Shown: one piece after another, positions 1 to 8,503 of the stretch
Layout of the letters: every line of letters begins with the position of its first letter
Numbering within the stretch: the stretch's first letter is position 1
Virus record (IMG/VR): IMGVR_UViG_2698536477_000006
Source of the DNA: a virus
Taxonomy: Duplodnaviria > Heunggongvirae > Uroviricota > Caudoviricetes
Length of the DNA: 35,072 nucleotides
Strand: one strand, 5' to 3'
Notes under the pieces: model-generated
Database searches by the model: none
What the model was told of the DNA's origin: nothing
The model's input: only the letters and a program-made list of their open reading frames with translations
Made by a program: the position numbers and the translations under genes

Positions 1-1362
1 ATGTTTAAACCGGAACTCCTTTCCCCGGCGGGAACGCTGAAAAATATGCGTTACGCTTTCGCTTATGGCGCAGATGCTGTTTATGCGGGCCAGCCGCGTT
101 ATTCCCTGCGTGTGCGCAACAACGAATTCAACCACGAAAATCTTCAGCTCGGCATCAATGAAGCCCACGCGCTGGGGAAAAAGTTTTATGTCGTGGTCAA
201 CATTGCACCGCACAACGCCAAGCTGAAAACCTTTATCCGTGACCTGAAACCGGTGGTGGAAATGGGGCCGGATGCGCTGATTATGTCCGATCCAGGGCTG
301 ATTATGCTGGTGCGTGAGCACTTCCCTGAAATGCCGATCCACCTTTCGGTGCAGGCTAACGCCGTGAACTGGGCGACGGTGAAATTCTGGCAGCAAATGG
401 GCCTGACCCGCGTGATCCTCTCTCGCGAGCTGTCGCTGGAAGAGATTGAAGAGATCCGCAATCAGGTGCCGGATATGGAGATCGAGATCTTCGTTCACGG
501 CGCGCTGTGCATGGCCTACTCCGGTCGCTGCCTGCTCTCTGGCTATATCAACAAGCGCGACCCGAACCAGGGCACCTGCACCAACGCCTGCCGCTGGGAG
601 TACAACGTCCAGGAAGGGAAAGAAGATGATGTTGGCAACATCGTACACAAGTACGAGCCGATTCCGGTGCAAAATGTTGAGCCGACGCTGGGTATCGGCG
701 CACCAACCGACAAAGTGTTTATGATCGAAGAGGCCCAGCGTCCGGGCGAGTATATGACCGCGTTTGAAGATGAGCACGGCACTTACATCATGAACTCGAA
801 AGATCTGCGCGCCATCGCCCATGTAGAACGCCTGACCAAAATGGGCGTGCATTCGCTGAAAATCGAAGGTCGTACCAAATCTTTCTACTATTGTGCACGC
901 ACCGCACAGGTTTACCGCAAAGCTATCGATGACGCCGCTGCGGGAAAACCGTTCGATACCAGCCTGCTGGAAACTCTGGAAGGTCTGGCGCATCGTGGCT
1001 ATACCGAAGGTTTCCTGCGTCGTCATACTCACGACGATTATCAGAACTACGAATACGGTTATTCAGTTTCTGACCGCCAGCAGTTTGTTGGTGAGTTTAC
1101 CGGTGAGCGCAAGGGGGACCTCGCGGCGGTAGCGGTGAAAAATAAATTCTCCGTTGGCGACAGCCTTGAGCTGATGACGCCGCAAGGCAACATTAATTTT
1201 ACCCTTGAGCACATGGAAAACGCCAAAGGCGAAGCTATGCCGATAGCACCAGGCGATGGTTATACTGTGTGGCTCCCGGTCCCGCAGGATCTTGAGCTCA
1301 ATTACGCGCTGCTGATGCGTAATTTCTCCGGGGAAACCACGCGTAATCCCCACGGTAAGTGA
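1..1362 (+). CDS. yegQ: U32-family peptidase-like protein YegQ (tRNA hydroxylation, TrhP); host gene
   Basis: 453-aa ORF starting at window position 1; sequence recognised as E. coli YegQ; followed by cyaR as in the E. coli chromosome. Confidence 0.9.
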   Translation: MFKPELLSPAGTLKNMRYAFAYGADAVYAGQPRYSLRVRNNEFNHENLQLGINEAHALGKKFYVVVNIAPHNAKLKTFIRDLKPVVEMGPDALIMSDPGLIMLVREHFPEMPIHLSVQANAVNWATVKFWQQMGLTRVILSRELSLEEIEEIRNQVPDMEIEIFVHGALCMAYSGRCLLSGYINKRDPNQGTCTNACRWEYNVQEGKEDDVGNIVHKYEPIPVQNVEPTLGIGAPTDKVFMIEEAQRPGEYMTAFEDEHGTYIMNSKDLRAIAHVERLTKMGVHSLKIEGRTKSFYYCARTAQVYRKAIDDAAAGKPFDTSLLETLEGLAHRGYTEGFLRRHTHDDYQNYEYGYSVSDRQQFVGEFTGERKGDLAAVAVKNKFSVGDSLELMTPQGNINFTLEHMENAKGEAMPIAPGDGYTVWLPVPQDLELNYALLMRNFSGETTRNPHGK

Positions 1363-1391
1363 TTAATTTCGATTATTTTTCCCGGATGGAA

Positions 1392-1440
1392 AATTCTTAG
1401 AAACCGATCACATACAGCTGTATTTATTAAGGTTATCATC
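1392..1440 (+). promoter_or_regulatory. Candidate cyaR promoter: CRP half-site TCACA (1408-1412) and -10-like TATCAT (1434-1439)
   Basis: TCACA half-site about 40 nt upstream of the sRNA 5' end; TATCAT 8 nt upstream of 1447; cyaR is known to be CRP-activated. Confidence 0.4.
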
Positions 1441-1446
1441 CGTTTC

Positions 1447-1533
1447 GCTGAAAAACATAACCCATAAAATGCTAGCTGTACCAGGAACCACCTCCTTAGC
1501 CTGTGTAATCTCCCTTACACGGGCTTATTTTTT
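1447..1533 (+). ncRNA. cyaR: CyaR (RyeE) Hfq-dependent small RNA
   Basis: 87-nt stretch GCTGAAAAACATAACCCATAAAATGCTAGCTGTACCAGGAACCACCTCCTTAGCCTGTGTAATCTCCCTTACACGGGCTTATTTTTT matches the CyaR sequence as I recall it; terminator hairpin plus U-tail at the 3' end. Confidence 0.85.
1507..1533. repeat. P2 att core copy (27 bp, AATCTCCCTTACACGGGCTTATTTTTT), ogr-proximal prophage boundary inside the cyaR 3' end
   Basis: Identical 27-mer recurs at 34569-34595; it is the reverse complement of the P2 attP core AAAAAATAAGCCCGTGTAAGGGAGATT. Confidence 0.85.
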
Positions 1534-1597
1534 ACGTACAACAAATTGAAATAAAAGGATTTATTTCTGGTCACGTCCACACATTGACCACATCGAC

Positions 1598-1630
1598 AAA
1601 AAAGCCCCTCGACTGAGGGGCTTTCTGTTT
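1598..1630. terminator. Bidirectional intrinsic terminator hairpin (GCCCCTC-GACT-GAGGGGC) flanked by A-run and T-run
   Basis: 7-bp GC-rich stem with 4-nt loop; AAAAAA upstream and TTTCTGTTT downstream, so it terminates ogr on the minus strand and read-through from cyaR on the plus strand. Confidence 0.6.
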
Positions 1631-1634
1631 GTAA

Positions 1635-1853
1635 TTACATCCACATAATTTGCTGCCCTGACGGCAACGGGTGCGGCCTTACGGCGTGGACTTCTCCCGG
1701 CTTCACGATGTATCGCTGTACCGACTCATAAGTGATGAACGTGGCGCTGCAATTCACGTTCTGACACTGGTGATAACGCTCTTTTGTCGTGTCAGTGATA
1801 TAGCGACTTGTACGCGCATGTGCGGCATGCTGGCATAAAGGACAATGAAACAT
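1635..1853 (-). CDS. ogr: Ogr, zinc-finger late-gene transcriptional activator
   Basis: 72-aa product MFHCPLCQHAAHARTSRYITDTTKERYHQCQNVNC... with C4 zinc-binding motif; internal ATG at 1853 chosen over the longer ORF to match P2 Ogr length. Confidence 0.9.
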   Translation of the reverse strand: MFHCPLCQHAAHARTSRYITDTTKERYHQCQNVNCSATFITYESVQRYIVKPGEVHAVRPHPLPSGQQIMWM

Positions 1854-1934
1854 CGCGAGCACCTCTTCCGGTTTTGTTGATGGTGCCATTTTAGTTAATT
1901 TATCCTTATAAAACAAACAGATAAAATAAAAACA

Positions 1935-3098
1935 TCACTCATCATCTTCTGTTTCGTACTCCACATCAGAAAGCCTGACCTCAAGCTCTAAGGACGTCGT
2001 GAAGCCGCTATTATTCAGAAAATGTGTCACCTTAGTGATTGTCCAGTCCTGCTCGTCTATGACGCGCTTAAAGCCTGACACTCTGACCGGCGTTTCCGTG
2101 TAAATATCAGCCCGACCGGTAGCCAGGCTGATGGAGAACTCCGCCACCCCCCGTTGCAGTTTATCCCACTTCGCCTGAGCGGCGCGCATGGCCTGCGCTT
2201 TCGTGGCATATACCGTAGTCAGGGCAAAAACGTTGTCAGCCTCACCGGCCATGTATTCACCTTCGCGCGCTTCCGGTACTTTTGGCGCTTTCTTCTGCGT
2301 GACCGGTTTTGCTTTCGGGTGCTCCAGTGCGCGCAGGTGTTTTTCTTTCTTTTTGCGTTTCAGTTTTACCTTCTGCTTTTGTGGTTTCGGGTCTTTGGTG
2401 TGTAACCACTTTGCCGTTACGCCGGTATAGGCTCCACGGTCAGCAATCGCAAAATGATGGCGGTCGCCGTCGCTGCGGGTTATGGTGACCTGCGGGATTT
2501 TTTTACCGCTGGCCGTCACCCCCTGCCCCGCTTTGAGAAACAACAGTTTTCCCATTTTTACCGACACCTCGCCGCCGTTGCGTTCAGCAAGACGGGTCAG
2601 GAATTTCGCATCAGACTCCTGCGACTGGTCGATGTGCGGGATTTTAATTCCGGCCAGTGACGGAGTGACACTGGCTTCCAGCCTGTTACGGGAGGCTATC
2701 GCCTCAACAATCGCACCGAGCGTGGTGTCATGCCATGAGCCTTCCCGGCGGGAATTGAGCGTCCCGCGAAAATCTGCACTCCGGGCGCGGATGGTAACCA
2801 CATCCGGCGCGCCCCGGTGTTCAACCTCATCAACGGTAAATTTCCCTTTGCATACCAGGGCAAAACCTTTCCAGCCGATATACACCGTCAGGACAGCGCC
2901 ACGAACCGGCAGCCCGACCTGCCCGTCGGCATCGTTCAGTTCAATATCAAGCTGGTCAGCCTCAAAGCCCCGGTTATCCGTCAGGGTCATGCTCATCAGA
3001 CGGTCGCTGATATTGCCGGTAATATCCCTGCTGTCGAGCATCAGCATGTAATCCGGCGTCAGCGTACTGCCTGCATCAAATGTCAGTGCATCCAGCAT
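1935..3098 (-). CDS. D: Tail protein D (late control gene D)
   Basis: 387 aa, matches P2 gpD in length and position; start overlaps U stop. Confidence 0.9.
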   Translation of the reverse strand: MLDALTFDAGSTLTPDYMLMLDSRDITGNISDRLMSMTLTDNRGFEADQLDIELNDADGQVGLPVRGAVLTVYIGWKGFALVCKGKFTVDEVEHRGAPDVVTIRARSADFRGTLNSRREGSWHDTTLGAIVEAIASRNRLEASVTPSLAGIKIPHIDQSQESDAKFLTRLAERNGGEVSVKMGKLLFLKAGQGVTASGKKIPQVTITRSDGDRHHFAIADRGAYTGVTAKWLHTKDPKPQKQKVKLKRKKKEKHLRALEHPKAKPVTQKKAPKVPEAREGEYMAGEADNVFALTTVYATKAQAMRAAQAKWDKLQRGVAEFSISLATGRADIYTETPVRVSGFKRVIDEQDWTITKVTHFLNNSGFTTSLELEVRLSDVEYETEDDE

Positions 3099-3577
3099 TA
3101 TCCCGCCCCCGTCATATCCGTGAATTTAGTCGCCATACTGCCAGCCTTACCGATGAGCGATTCTGCCTGTTTACCGATATCGCCATAAAGCGCGGCCAGT
3201 GATTCATCAACGCGGGTGAGCGACAGCGTAAAATCAATTTTTCGGGGTGTGCCGTCTGCAAAGAAAATACTCCCTGTTTCACTCACCCTGCTGATGACAT
3301 ACATGCCGTAAATCATGCCGGTGCCATCCAGCAACGGCCACGCCCGGCCTTCCTCTGCCATCAGTCTGAGCGTGGTCATCGTCAGCTTTCCGCCGGTCAG
3401 TTCGGGATAAAGCACACCGGCCAGCGTGATGTTTTCCTCACCCACACCGAGAAACTGAAAGGCATCCCGTTTACCGATACGGGAATTTGACGGCCAGCGA
3501 TAATCCGATTCACGCTGCATGGTCTGGTGTGGCAGCGTCTGGCGCATAAAAACAAACATACCTAACGCGAGCATCAT
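3098..3577 (-). CDS. U: Tail protein U
   Basis: 159 aa, P2 gpU length and position. Confidence 0.9.
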   Translation of the reverse strand: MMLALGMFVFMRQTLPHQTMQRESDYRWPSNSRIGKRDAFQFLGVGEENITLAGVLYPELTGGKLTMTTLRLMAEEGRAWPLLDGTGMIYGMYVISRVSETGSIFFADGTPRKIDFTLSLTRVDESLAALYGDIGKQAESLIGKAGSMATKFTDMTGAG

Positions 3578-3591
3578 TTTTCGTCACCTCC

Positions 3592-6039
3592 TTAACCGTC
3601 ATGCATCATGCTGGCACGGGCGCGCGCACGTTTATCCCGCTCGTATTTTTCGAGCGCATCCTGTAACTGGCGGTCAAGCTGTGTCCCCTGCGCAGTACCG
3701 CCCGTCAGGTTGATGTGATATTCGTTTTTACTCTGGTCCACATAAGAGCGGCCAGCCGGTGCCGTGACCGGCTGGTAAGCCTGATACCCCGCATAAGAGC
3801 TGGTCGCCGGAATATAATCACCTGTGCCATACGTGGCGGCATGAGTCCTTGCGGCGGTCTGGTCAAGTGTGTCTGACTCTTTGTTGATAACACCGAGTTT
3901 TTCCAGTACCCAGTCAATACCGCTGCGCAGTTTGTTGAACGCATTAAGCGGCAGCATCAGCGCGTCAGCCAGTGCCTGCCCGAACATGACGCCCGTGTCA
4001 CGGCAACGGTTCAGGGTGTCCTGGGTGGCTTTGACCGGGGCAATCAGGTTTTTAAACCACTGCCACGCGGCCTGTAACTTTTCACCCAGCCAGTCAAACA
4101 GCGGCTTAAGTGGCGTGAACAGCTCCCCCACCGGCGCAAATGCCGCTTTCAGCCCTTCAACCACACCGCCAAAGAATGCGCTGACAGGCTCCCAGTATTT
4201 ACGGATAAGTAACGCCCCGGCGACAATAGCGGCCACCACGGCCACAACCGGCCAGCTAATCGCCCCGATGGCGGTCATAACGGCACTGCCAACCGTCGTG
4301 AAGACTGCCCCCATTGCGCCTGCTGCCGCGATGATGGCATTGATGCCGGTGATAACCGGCCAGGCTACAAGACCAATTGCACCGATGATGCCAGTCAGCG
4401 CCAGCGCGCCACCGGCAATGATGCCGATGGTTGACGCCAGTGATTTGTTTTTCTGGATCCAGCCGTCGAGTTTTAACACATACTTTGTGGCCGTCTGCGT
4501 GAGCTTACGCAGCGCGCCTTCCTGCTGGTCAAACAGGTCAGTCCCCACCGCCTCATAAGCGGACTGAAACTCTTTAAAGTCACCGCCTAGGTTGTCCTGC
4601 ATGATATTTACCAGCTCGGCGGTCTTCCCGTCTGAGGCTTTAAACGCAGCGGTCAGTTTGTCCAGCTTTCCGGTTGAGGCGGCAGTCATCAGCACGGCGG
4701 CGGCTGAGCTGGCCTCCTCCCCGAAAATAGTTTTCATGTATTCAGCCTGCTGGGCAGTACCGAGCCGGTTTTTCTCAAAACTGGCCTGCATTTCTTTCAG
4801 AATGGTAAATATTGGCCGGGTGTTTCCCTTGCTGTCTGAGGTTTTCACTCCAAGCTCTTTGAGTGCATCCCATGCTTTTCCCGTCGGTGCCTGCAGGCGG
4901 CTTAACACGGCACGGCTTCCCGTCCCCGCCATTGAGCCTGTAATTTTTGCATCATGCAGCGCCCCGACCATTGCGGCGGTTTCTTCAATGCTGACACCGG
5001 CATTTTTTGCCACAGGTGCGGCATAGGTCAGCGCATCGCTCATGCCGTCAAAATCGGCGGCGGTTTTGTTCATCGTCATGGAGAGAACATCCCCGATATG
5101 AGCGACCTTATCGTTTGAAAGCTGAAAGGCGGATTTCATCCCCATCAGCAGGGCGGCGTTTTCTTCCATCGTGCGGCGGTTCGCCAGCGCCATGTTCAGC
5201 GTGACCGGCGTTGCCGCCTGAATGGCATCAACATCCCCACCGGCTTTCGCAATAATAATCTGCGCACCGGCTGCATCATCTGCCGAGGCGGCGGTATTGT
5301 CGCCGAGCTGGCGCGCCTGTTTGCGTAATGCGGCCATTTCGGCGGAGTCTTTTGCCACACCGAGCACAGCCTGCAATTCTGAGTTTTTCTGCGCAAACTC
5401 ATAACCGGGCATCAGCAGCTTAACACCGGCCATCGTTCCCGCAGCAGCAATCCCCACACCGGCAGCGCTCACTGAGGCCATATTTCCTGCCAGTTCTTTT
5501 CCGGCCTGATAACGCTGTTTTACTGCGTTAAGTTTTGCCTGTTGTGCACTGACACGCGCCAGTGCGTCGCGCTGACGGTTAAGCTGTGCGGTGGTTTCAC
5601 TGATACGGTTTTTCAGCCCCTGCTCATCATGTGCAAGATTGCGGGTATTAATTCCCACAGCGGCCAGTTCCCGCTGCTGGCGTTTAACGGAATCCGTCAG
5701 GCGGTTATATTTCGCCTGTAAGTCCTCCGCCGCTCGCTTTGCTGATTCCAGCACTTTCGCCTGAGCACGTGTCGGACGTTCGGTGTTTTTAAACTGTGTG
5801 GCAAGGGCTTCGGCCTCCTGCCGTGCCTTTTCAAGTGCATGACCAGTCACGGCGAGCTGTGCACTGGTCTTGCGAAATCCCTCAATACGGGATGCCTGAC
5901 CGTTCAGCTCGCGCAGTGATTTTTGTGTTTCCCGGATATCCCCCGACAGCGACTTACTCGCTGTGCGGATGGATTTAAACGGGCGGGATGCCTGGTCAAC
6001 AGCCCTGAGCAATACCTGTAATTTTACATTGTTACTCAT
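3592..6039 (-). CDS. T: Tail tape measure protein T
   Basis: 815 aa, Ala/Gly-rich with coiled-coil and hydrophobic segments; P2 gpT length. Confidence 0.9.
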   Translation of the reverse strand: MSNNVKLQVLLRAVDQASRPFKSIRTASKSLSGDIRETQKSLRELNGQASRIEGFRKTSAQLAVTGHALEKARQEAEALATQFKNTERPTRAQAKVLESAKRAAEDLQAKYNRLTDSVKRQQRELAAVGINTRNLAHDEQGLKNRISETTAQLNRQRDALARVSAQQAKLNAVKQRYQAGKELAGNMASVSAAGVGIAAAGTMAGVKLLMPGYEFAQKNSELQAVLGVAKDSAEMAALRKQARQLGDNTAASADDAAGAQIIIAKAGGDVDAIQAATPVTLNMALANRRTMEENAALLMGMKSAFQLSNDKVAHIGDVLSMTMNKTAADFDGMSDALTYAAPVAKNAGVSIEETAAMVGALHDAKITGSMAGTGSRAVLSRLQAPTGKAWDALKELGVKTSDSKGNTRPIFTILKEMQASFEKNRLGTAQQAEYMKTIFGEEASSAAAVLMTAASTGKLDKLTAAFKASDGKTAELVNIMQDNLGGDFKEFQSAYEAVGTDLFDQQEGALRKLTQTATKYVLKLDGWIQKNKSLASTIGIIAGGALALTGIIGAIGLVAWPVITGINAIIAAAGAMGAVFTTVGSAVMTAIGAISWPVVAVVAAIVAGALLIRKYWEPVSAFFGGVVEGLKAAFAPVGELFTPLKPLFDWLGEKLQAAWQWFKNLIAPVKATQDTLNRCRDTGVMFGQALADALMLPLNAFNKLRSGIDWVLEKLGVINKESDTLDQTAARTHAATYGTGDYIPATSSYAGYQAYQPVTAPAGRSYVDQSKNEYHINLTGGTAQGTQLDRQLQDALEKYERDKRARARASMMHDG

Positions 6040-6459
6040 TCGTGTTTCCGCTTCGCCGGAGCGCCTTTTCGCGCCATGTGATGAGTTCGGTCAGGCTCAT
6101 GGGATACAGTTCTGATGGCGGCCAGTGAAATATCACTGCCACATCCGCCATCAGGTCATCGACCGAGAGATTTTTCGGAAACGTCACTGCACCGAGTTCG
6201 GCGACAAAAAACCGACCACCTTACCGGCCAGCGCCACAAGATCAGGCAGTTCCAGCGCGGCGACTTCCTGCTCGGTCAGCATCGGTGCCGTCATGCGCGG
6301 CAGCACCTTAATCAGTGCATCGACTTCGGAGTTCGCGACCGCTGCCAGACTGACACCGCGCAGCGTCCCGGCATTAGGTTTCATCAGCGTGACCTGTTCG
6401 ATAACCTGCTCACCACGCTTGACCGGATTGTCCAGGGTAATGACATTTTCTTTGTTCAT
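6032..6459 (-). CDS. E+E': E+E' fusion made by programmed -1 ribosomal frameshift (142 aa)
   Basis: Hand translation: slippery heptamer T TTT TTG at 6205-6211 (minus strand) sits 6 codons before the E stop; the -1 frame continues VAELGAVTFPKNLSVDDLMADVAVIFHWPPSELYPMSLTELITWREKALRRSGNTNE to TAA at 6032-6034, giving 85+57=142 aa, the P2 E+E' length. Confidence 0.8.
6184..6459 (-). CDS. E: Tail assembly chaperone E (zero-frame product)
   Basis: 91-aa ORF ending ...KVVGFLSPNSVQ; P2 gpE length; sits between FII and T. Confidence 0.9.
   Translation of the reverse strand: MNKENVITLDNPVKRGEQVIEQVTLMKPNAGTLRGVSLAAVANSEVDALIKVLPRMTAPMLTEQEVAALELPDLVALAGKVVGFLSPNSVQ
6205..6211 (-). other. -1 frameshift slippery site T TTT TTG
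   Basis: Read directly; X XXY YYZ heptamer in the E zero frame (codons GGT TTT TTG). Confidence 0.8.
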
Positions 6460-6515
6460 GGTTTTCTCACTTCTGAATCAGGGTTAACCGGTCAGCCAGG
6501 CTGACCGGATGAAAA

Positions 6516-7034
6516 TCACAGGCCGATATTTCGGCGGTGTTGCTCCAGCCGGTCGACGCCGTTCACCTTCTCAATCATGTTGATGGTGTCGATTTCGACC
6601 AGCTCCTTACCGTCCATCGTCAGCCGGAAATAGGTGCAGACCACGGAGATTTTCGACTCGGTGTCTTCTCCCTGTTTACCCTCGCCGGTGTCGATTTCTT
6701 TCTGACGTCCACGCATGACCACCTCGACGGCCACCGTTTCGCCGGTATCGTCGCGCTGGTAAGAGCCTGCAAAACGAATCGGTACGGCATCCACACCGGT
6801 TGCGGCGTAAAGCTCCCAGATAACCGAATCCGGGAAGCCACCGAGCGACCACTCCATTGACAGCGCATCGTCATCAAGGCCGAGGTCTACCGGTGCGCTG
6901 CCGTTCATACCAGCACCGCGATAGTTTTCGAGCTTACGGGTCAGTTTTGGCAGCGTGACGGACTTCGCGACGCCCTGATAGCTGTAGCCGTTCAGAAAGA
7001 CGTTCATTAACTTGAGTTTGCGCGGCATTGCCAT
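6516..7034 (-). CDS. FII: Tail tube protein FII
   Basis: 172 aa; P2 gpFII length and position. Confidence 0.9.
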   Translation of the reverse strand: MAMPRKLKLMNVFLNGYSYQGVAKSVTLPKLTRKLENYRGAGMNGSAPVDLGLDDDALSMEWSLGGFPDSVIWELYAATGVDAVPIRFAGSYQRDDTGETVAVEVVMRGRQKEIDTGEGKQGEDTESKISVVCTYFRLTMDGKELVEIDTINMIEKVNGVDRLEQHRRNIGL

Positions 7035-7046
7035 CGGTCAGGCTCC

Positions 7047-8237
7047 TTAATTGCTGTTAACCGAGGTGACCAGATTTGCCAGGTATTTATCGGTAATACG
7101 CTGGCGCAGGGTCAGGTTTTCAAGAGGAGGCACCGGTGTATAGTCGTAGTCGATATACAGTTTTCCGGCCTTGAGGGTTTCCGCATCGTTGGATTCTTCG
7201 CTGAACCAGCAGGTCGCATCCACGATATAGCCGTTTGTTTTCAGCTCACGGAATTTGGCATTGATGCCGTCAACGATGTCGCGAATCAGCGTTGCGGTGA
7301 TGGGCTTGTCCACCGCCCACATGTGCGCCTCAGCCATCGTGTCGGCCAGCACCTGCGCGGTGCGGGTGTAGTTTTCAAAGAGGAACAGCGGGTCATCAGA
7401 GCAGGTACGGTTACCCCAGAATCGGAAACCGTCGCGGCGAATCAGCGTAGTGACGCCTGACTCGTTAAGCAGGTCAGCATCGGTGCCGGACTCCTGCAAA
7501 TCCCAGAATACAGATGCGCTGATGCCGGTAACACCGTTTACCCCGACGTTGGACAGCGTTTTATGCCAGCCCTGCTCCTGGTCGATTTTAGCGCGCAGAC
7601 CCAGCGCACGGGCGGTGGCATACGCGGTGGCGGTGGTACTGGTGACCGTATCCCATGCGAGGAAATCCGGCCAGATGACCATCAGCTCACGCTGGCTGAA
7701 ATTCTGGCGGTAGGCTTTCACCTCGGAAATGGTCTTACATCCCCATGCGCTGATATACCCGAAAGCACGCAGCTTCTGACAGACTGATGCCAGTGCAACA
7801 GCCACCTCTTTGGTGTCCAGTCCCGGTACGCCGAGAATTCGTGGTTTAACACCGGTTACCGACTCCGCCGCCAGCAGGGCTTTCAGTCCGGTGTACTGAC
7901 CGTTTTCGTCGGTGGTGCCGATGATATTGGAAACGGTCTGCGCGAGTTTCGTTTCCTCGTCGTCGCCGGTGCCGTCTTCCACACGCACAACAACGGTGAC
8001 CGGTTTTGACTGGTCAGCGATGGCCTGCAACGATACCGCCAGCGTGCCTTTTTTACCAGCCTTTGCAATTGCACTCTGCACATTGGTAATCAGCACAGGT
8101 TTATTGAGGGGGAAGGTTTCCGCATCTGCATCGCTGGCCGTGCAGACCATGCCGACAATGGCCGTGGATACGGTGGAAATGACGCGGGTGCCGTCGTTAA
8201 TTTCCAGCACCTGCACGCCGTGATGATAGTCACTCAT
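7047..8237 (-). CDS. FI: Contractile tail sheath protein FI
   Basis: 396 aa; P2 gpFI length and position. Confidence 0.9.
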   Translation of the reverse strand: MSDYHHGVQVLEINDGTRVISTVSTAIVGMVCTASDADAETFPLNKPVLITNVQSAIAKAGKKGTLAVSLQAIADQSKPVTVVVRVEDGTGDDEETKLAQTVSNIIGTTDENGQYTGLKALLAAESVTGVKPRILGVPGLDTKEVAVALASVCQKLRAFGYISAWGCKTISEVKAYRQNFSQRELMVIWPDFLAWDTVTSTTATAYATARALGLRAKIDQEQGWHKTLSNVGVNGVTGISASVFWDLQESGTDADLLNESGVTTLIRRDGFRFWGNRTCSDDPLFLFENYTRTAQVLADTMAEAHMWAVDKPITATLIRDIVDGINAKFRELKTNGYIVDATCWFSEESNDAETLKAGKLYIDYDYTPVPPLENLTLRQRITDKYLANLVTSVNSN

Positions 8238-8300
8238 CCGTTTAACTCCGTGGTTAATGGGTGCAACTATTTTCCGTTGGGTAGTGCATGAGACGCTATT

Positions 8301-8315
8301 TGACCTGGCTGGTCA
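8301..8315 (-). promoter_or_regulatory. Candidate late-promoter (P_F-like) activator dyad TGACC-N5-GGTCA upstream of FI
   Basis: Imperfect inverted repeat centred about 70 nt upstream of the FI ATG, roughly where Ogr-dependent promoters carry their upstream dyad; it does not match the remembered TGT-N12-ACA consensus exactly. Confidence 0.25.
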
Positions 8316-8324
8316 GTGGATGAA

Positions 8325-8360
8325 ACAACAGATAAAGAAAAGGCGGGCAATCAGCCCGCC
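8325..8360 (-). terminator. Intrinsic terminator downstream of the cargo ORF (stem GGCGGGC / GCCCGCC, then T-rich tract on minus strand)
   Basis: 7-bp GC stem at 8342-8348 / 8354-8360 with 5-nt loop; minus-strand downstream sequence TTTTCTTTATCTG. Confidence 0.55.
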
Positions 8361-8503
8361 TGCCTTGATTTGTACTCACTCATTTTCCGACTGACAATTT
8401 ACATAGCCCAAAAGTTATCAAATCTGACAGTCTGCTTTGAGCGAGGAGCGGACATGGTCACACGATTAGTAAACCATGGTTTGTTTTTTAAATATTTATA
8501 TAG

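Noticed and set aside
1635-1916. Longer N-terminally extended versions of ogr (93 aa) and of X, L, O, P, A, C and lysC as given in the ORF track
   Set aside because: Internal start codons give products matching the known P2 protein lengths and N-termini; the upstream extensions are read-through of the longest-ORF convention.
3869-4558. 229-aa plus-strand ORF (Ala/Ser/Thr/Pro-rich)
   Set aside because: Lies entirely inside and antisense to the tape-measure gene T; its composition is the mirror image of the GC-rich sense strand.
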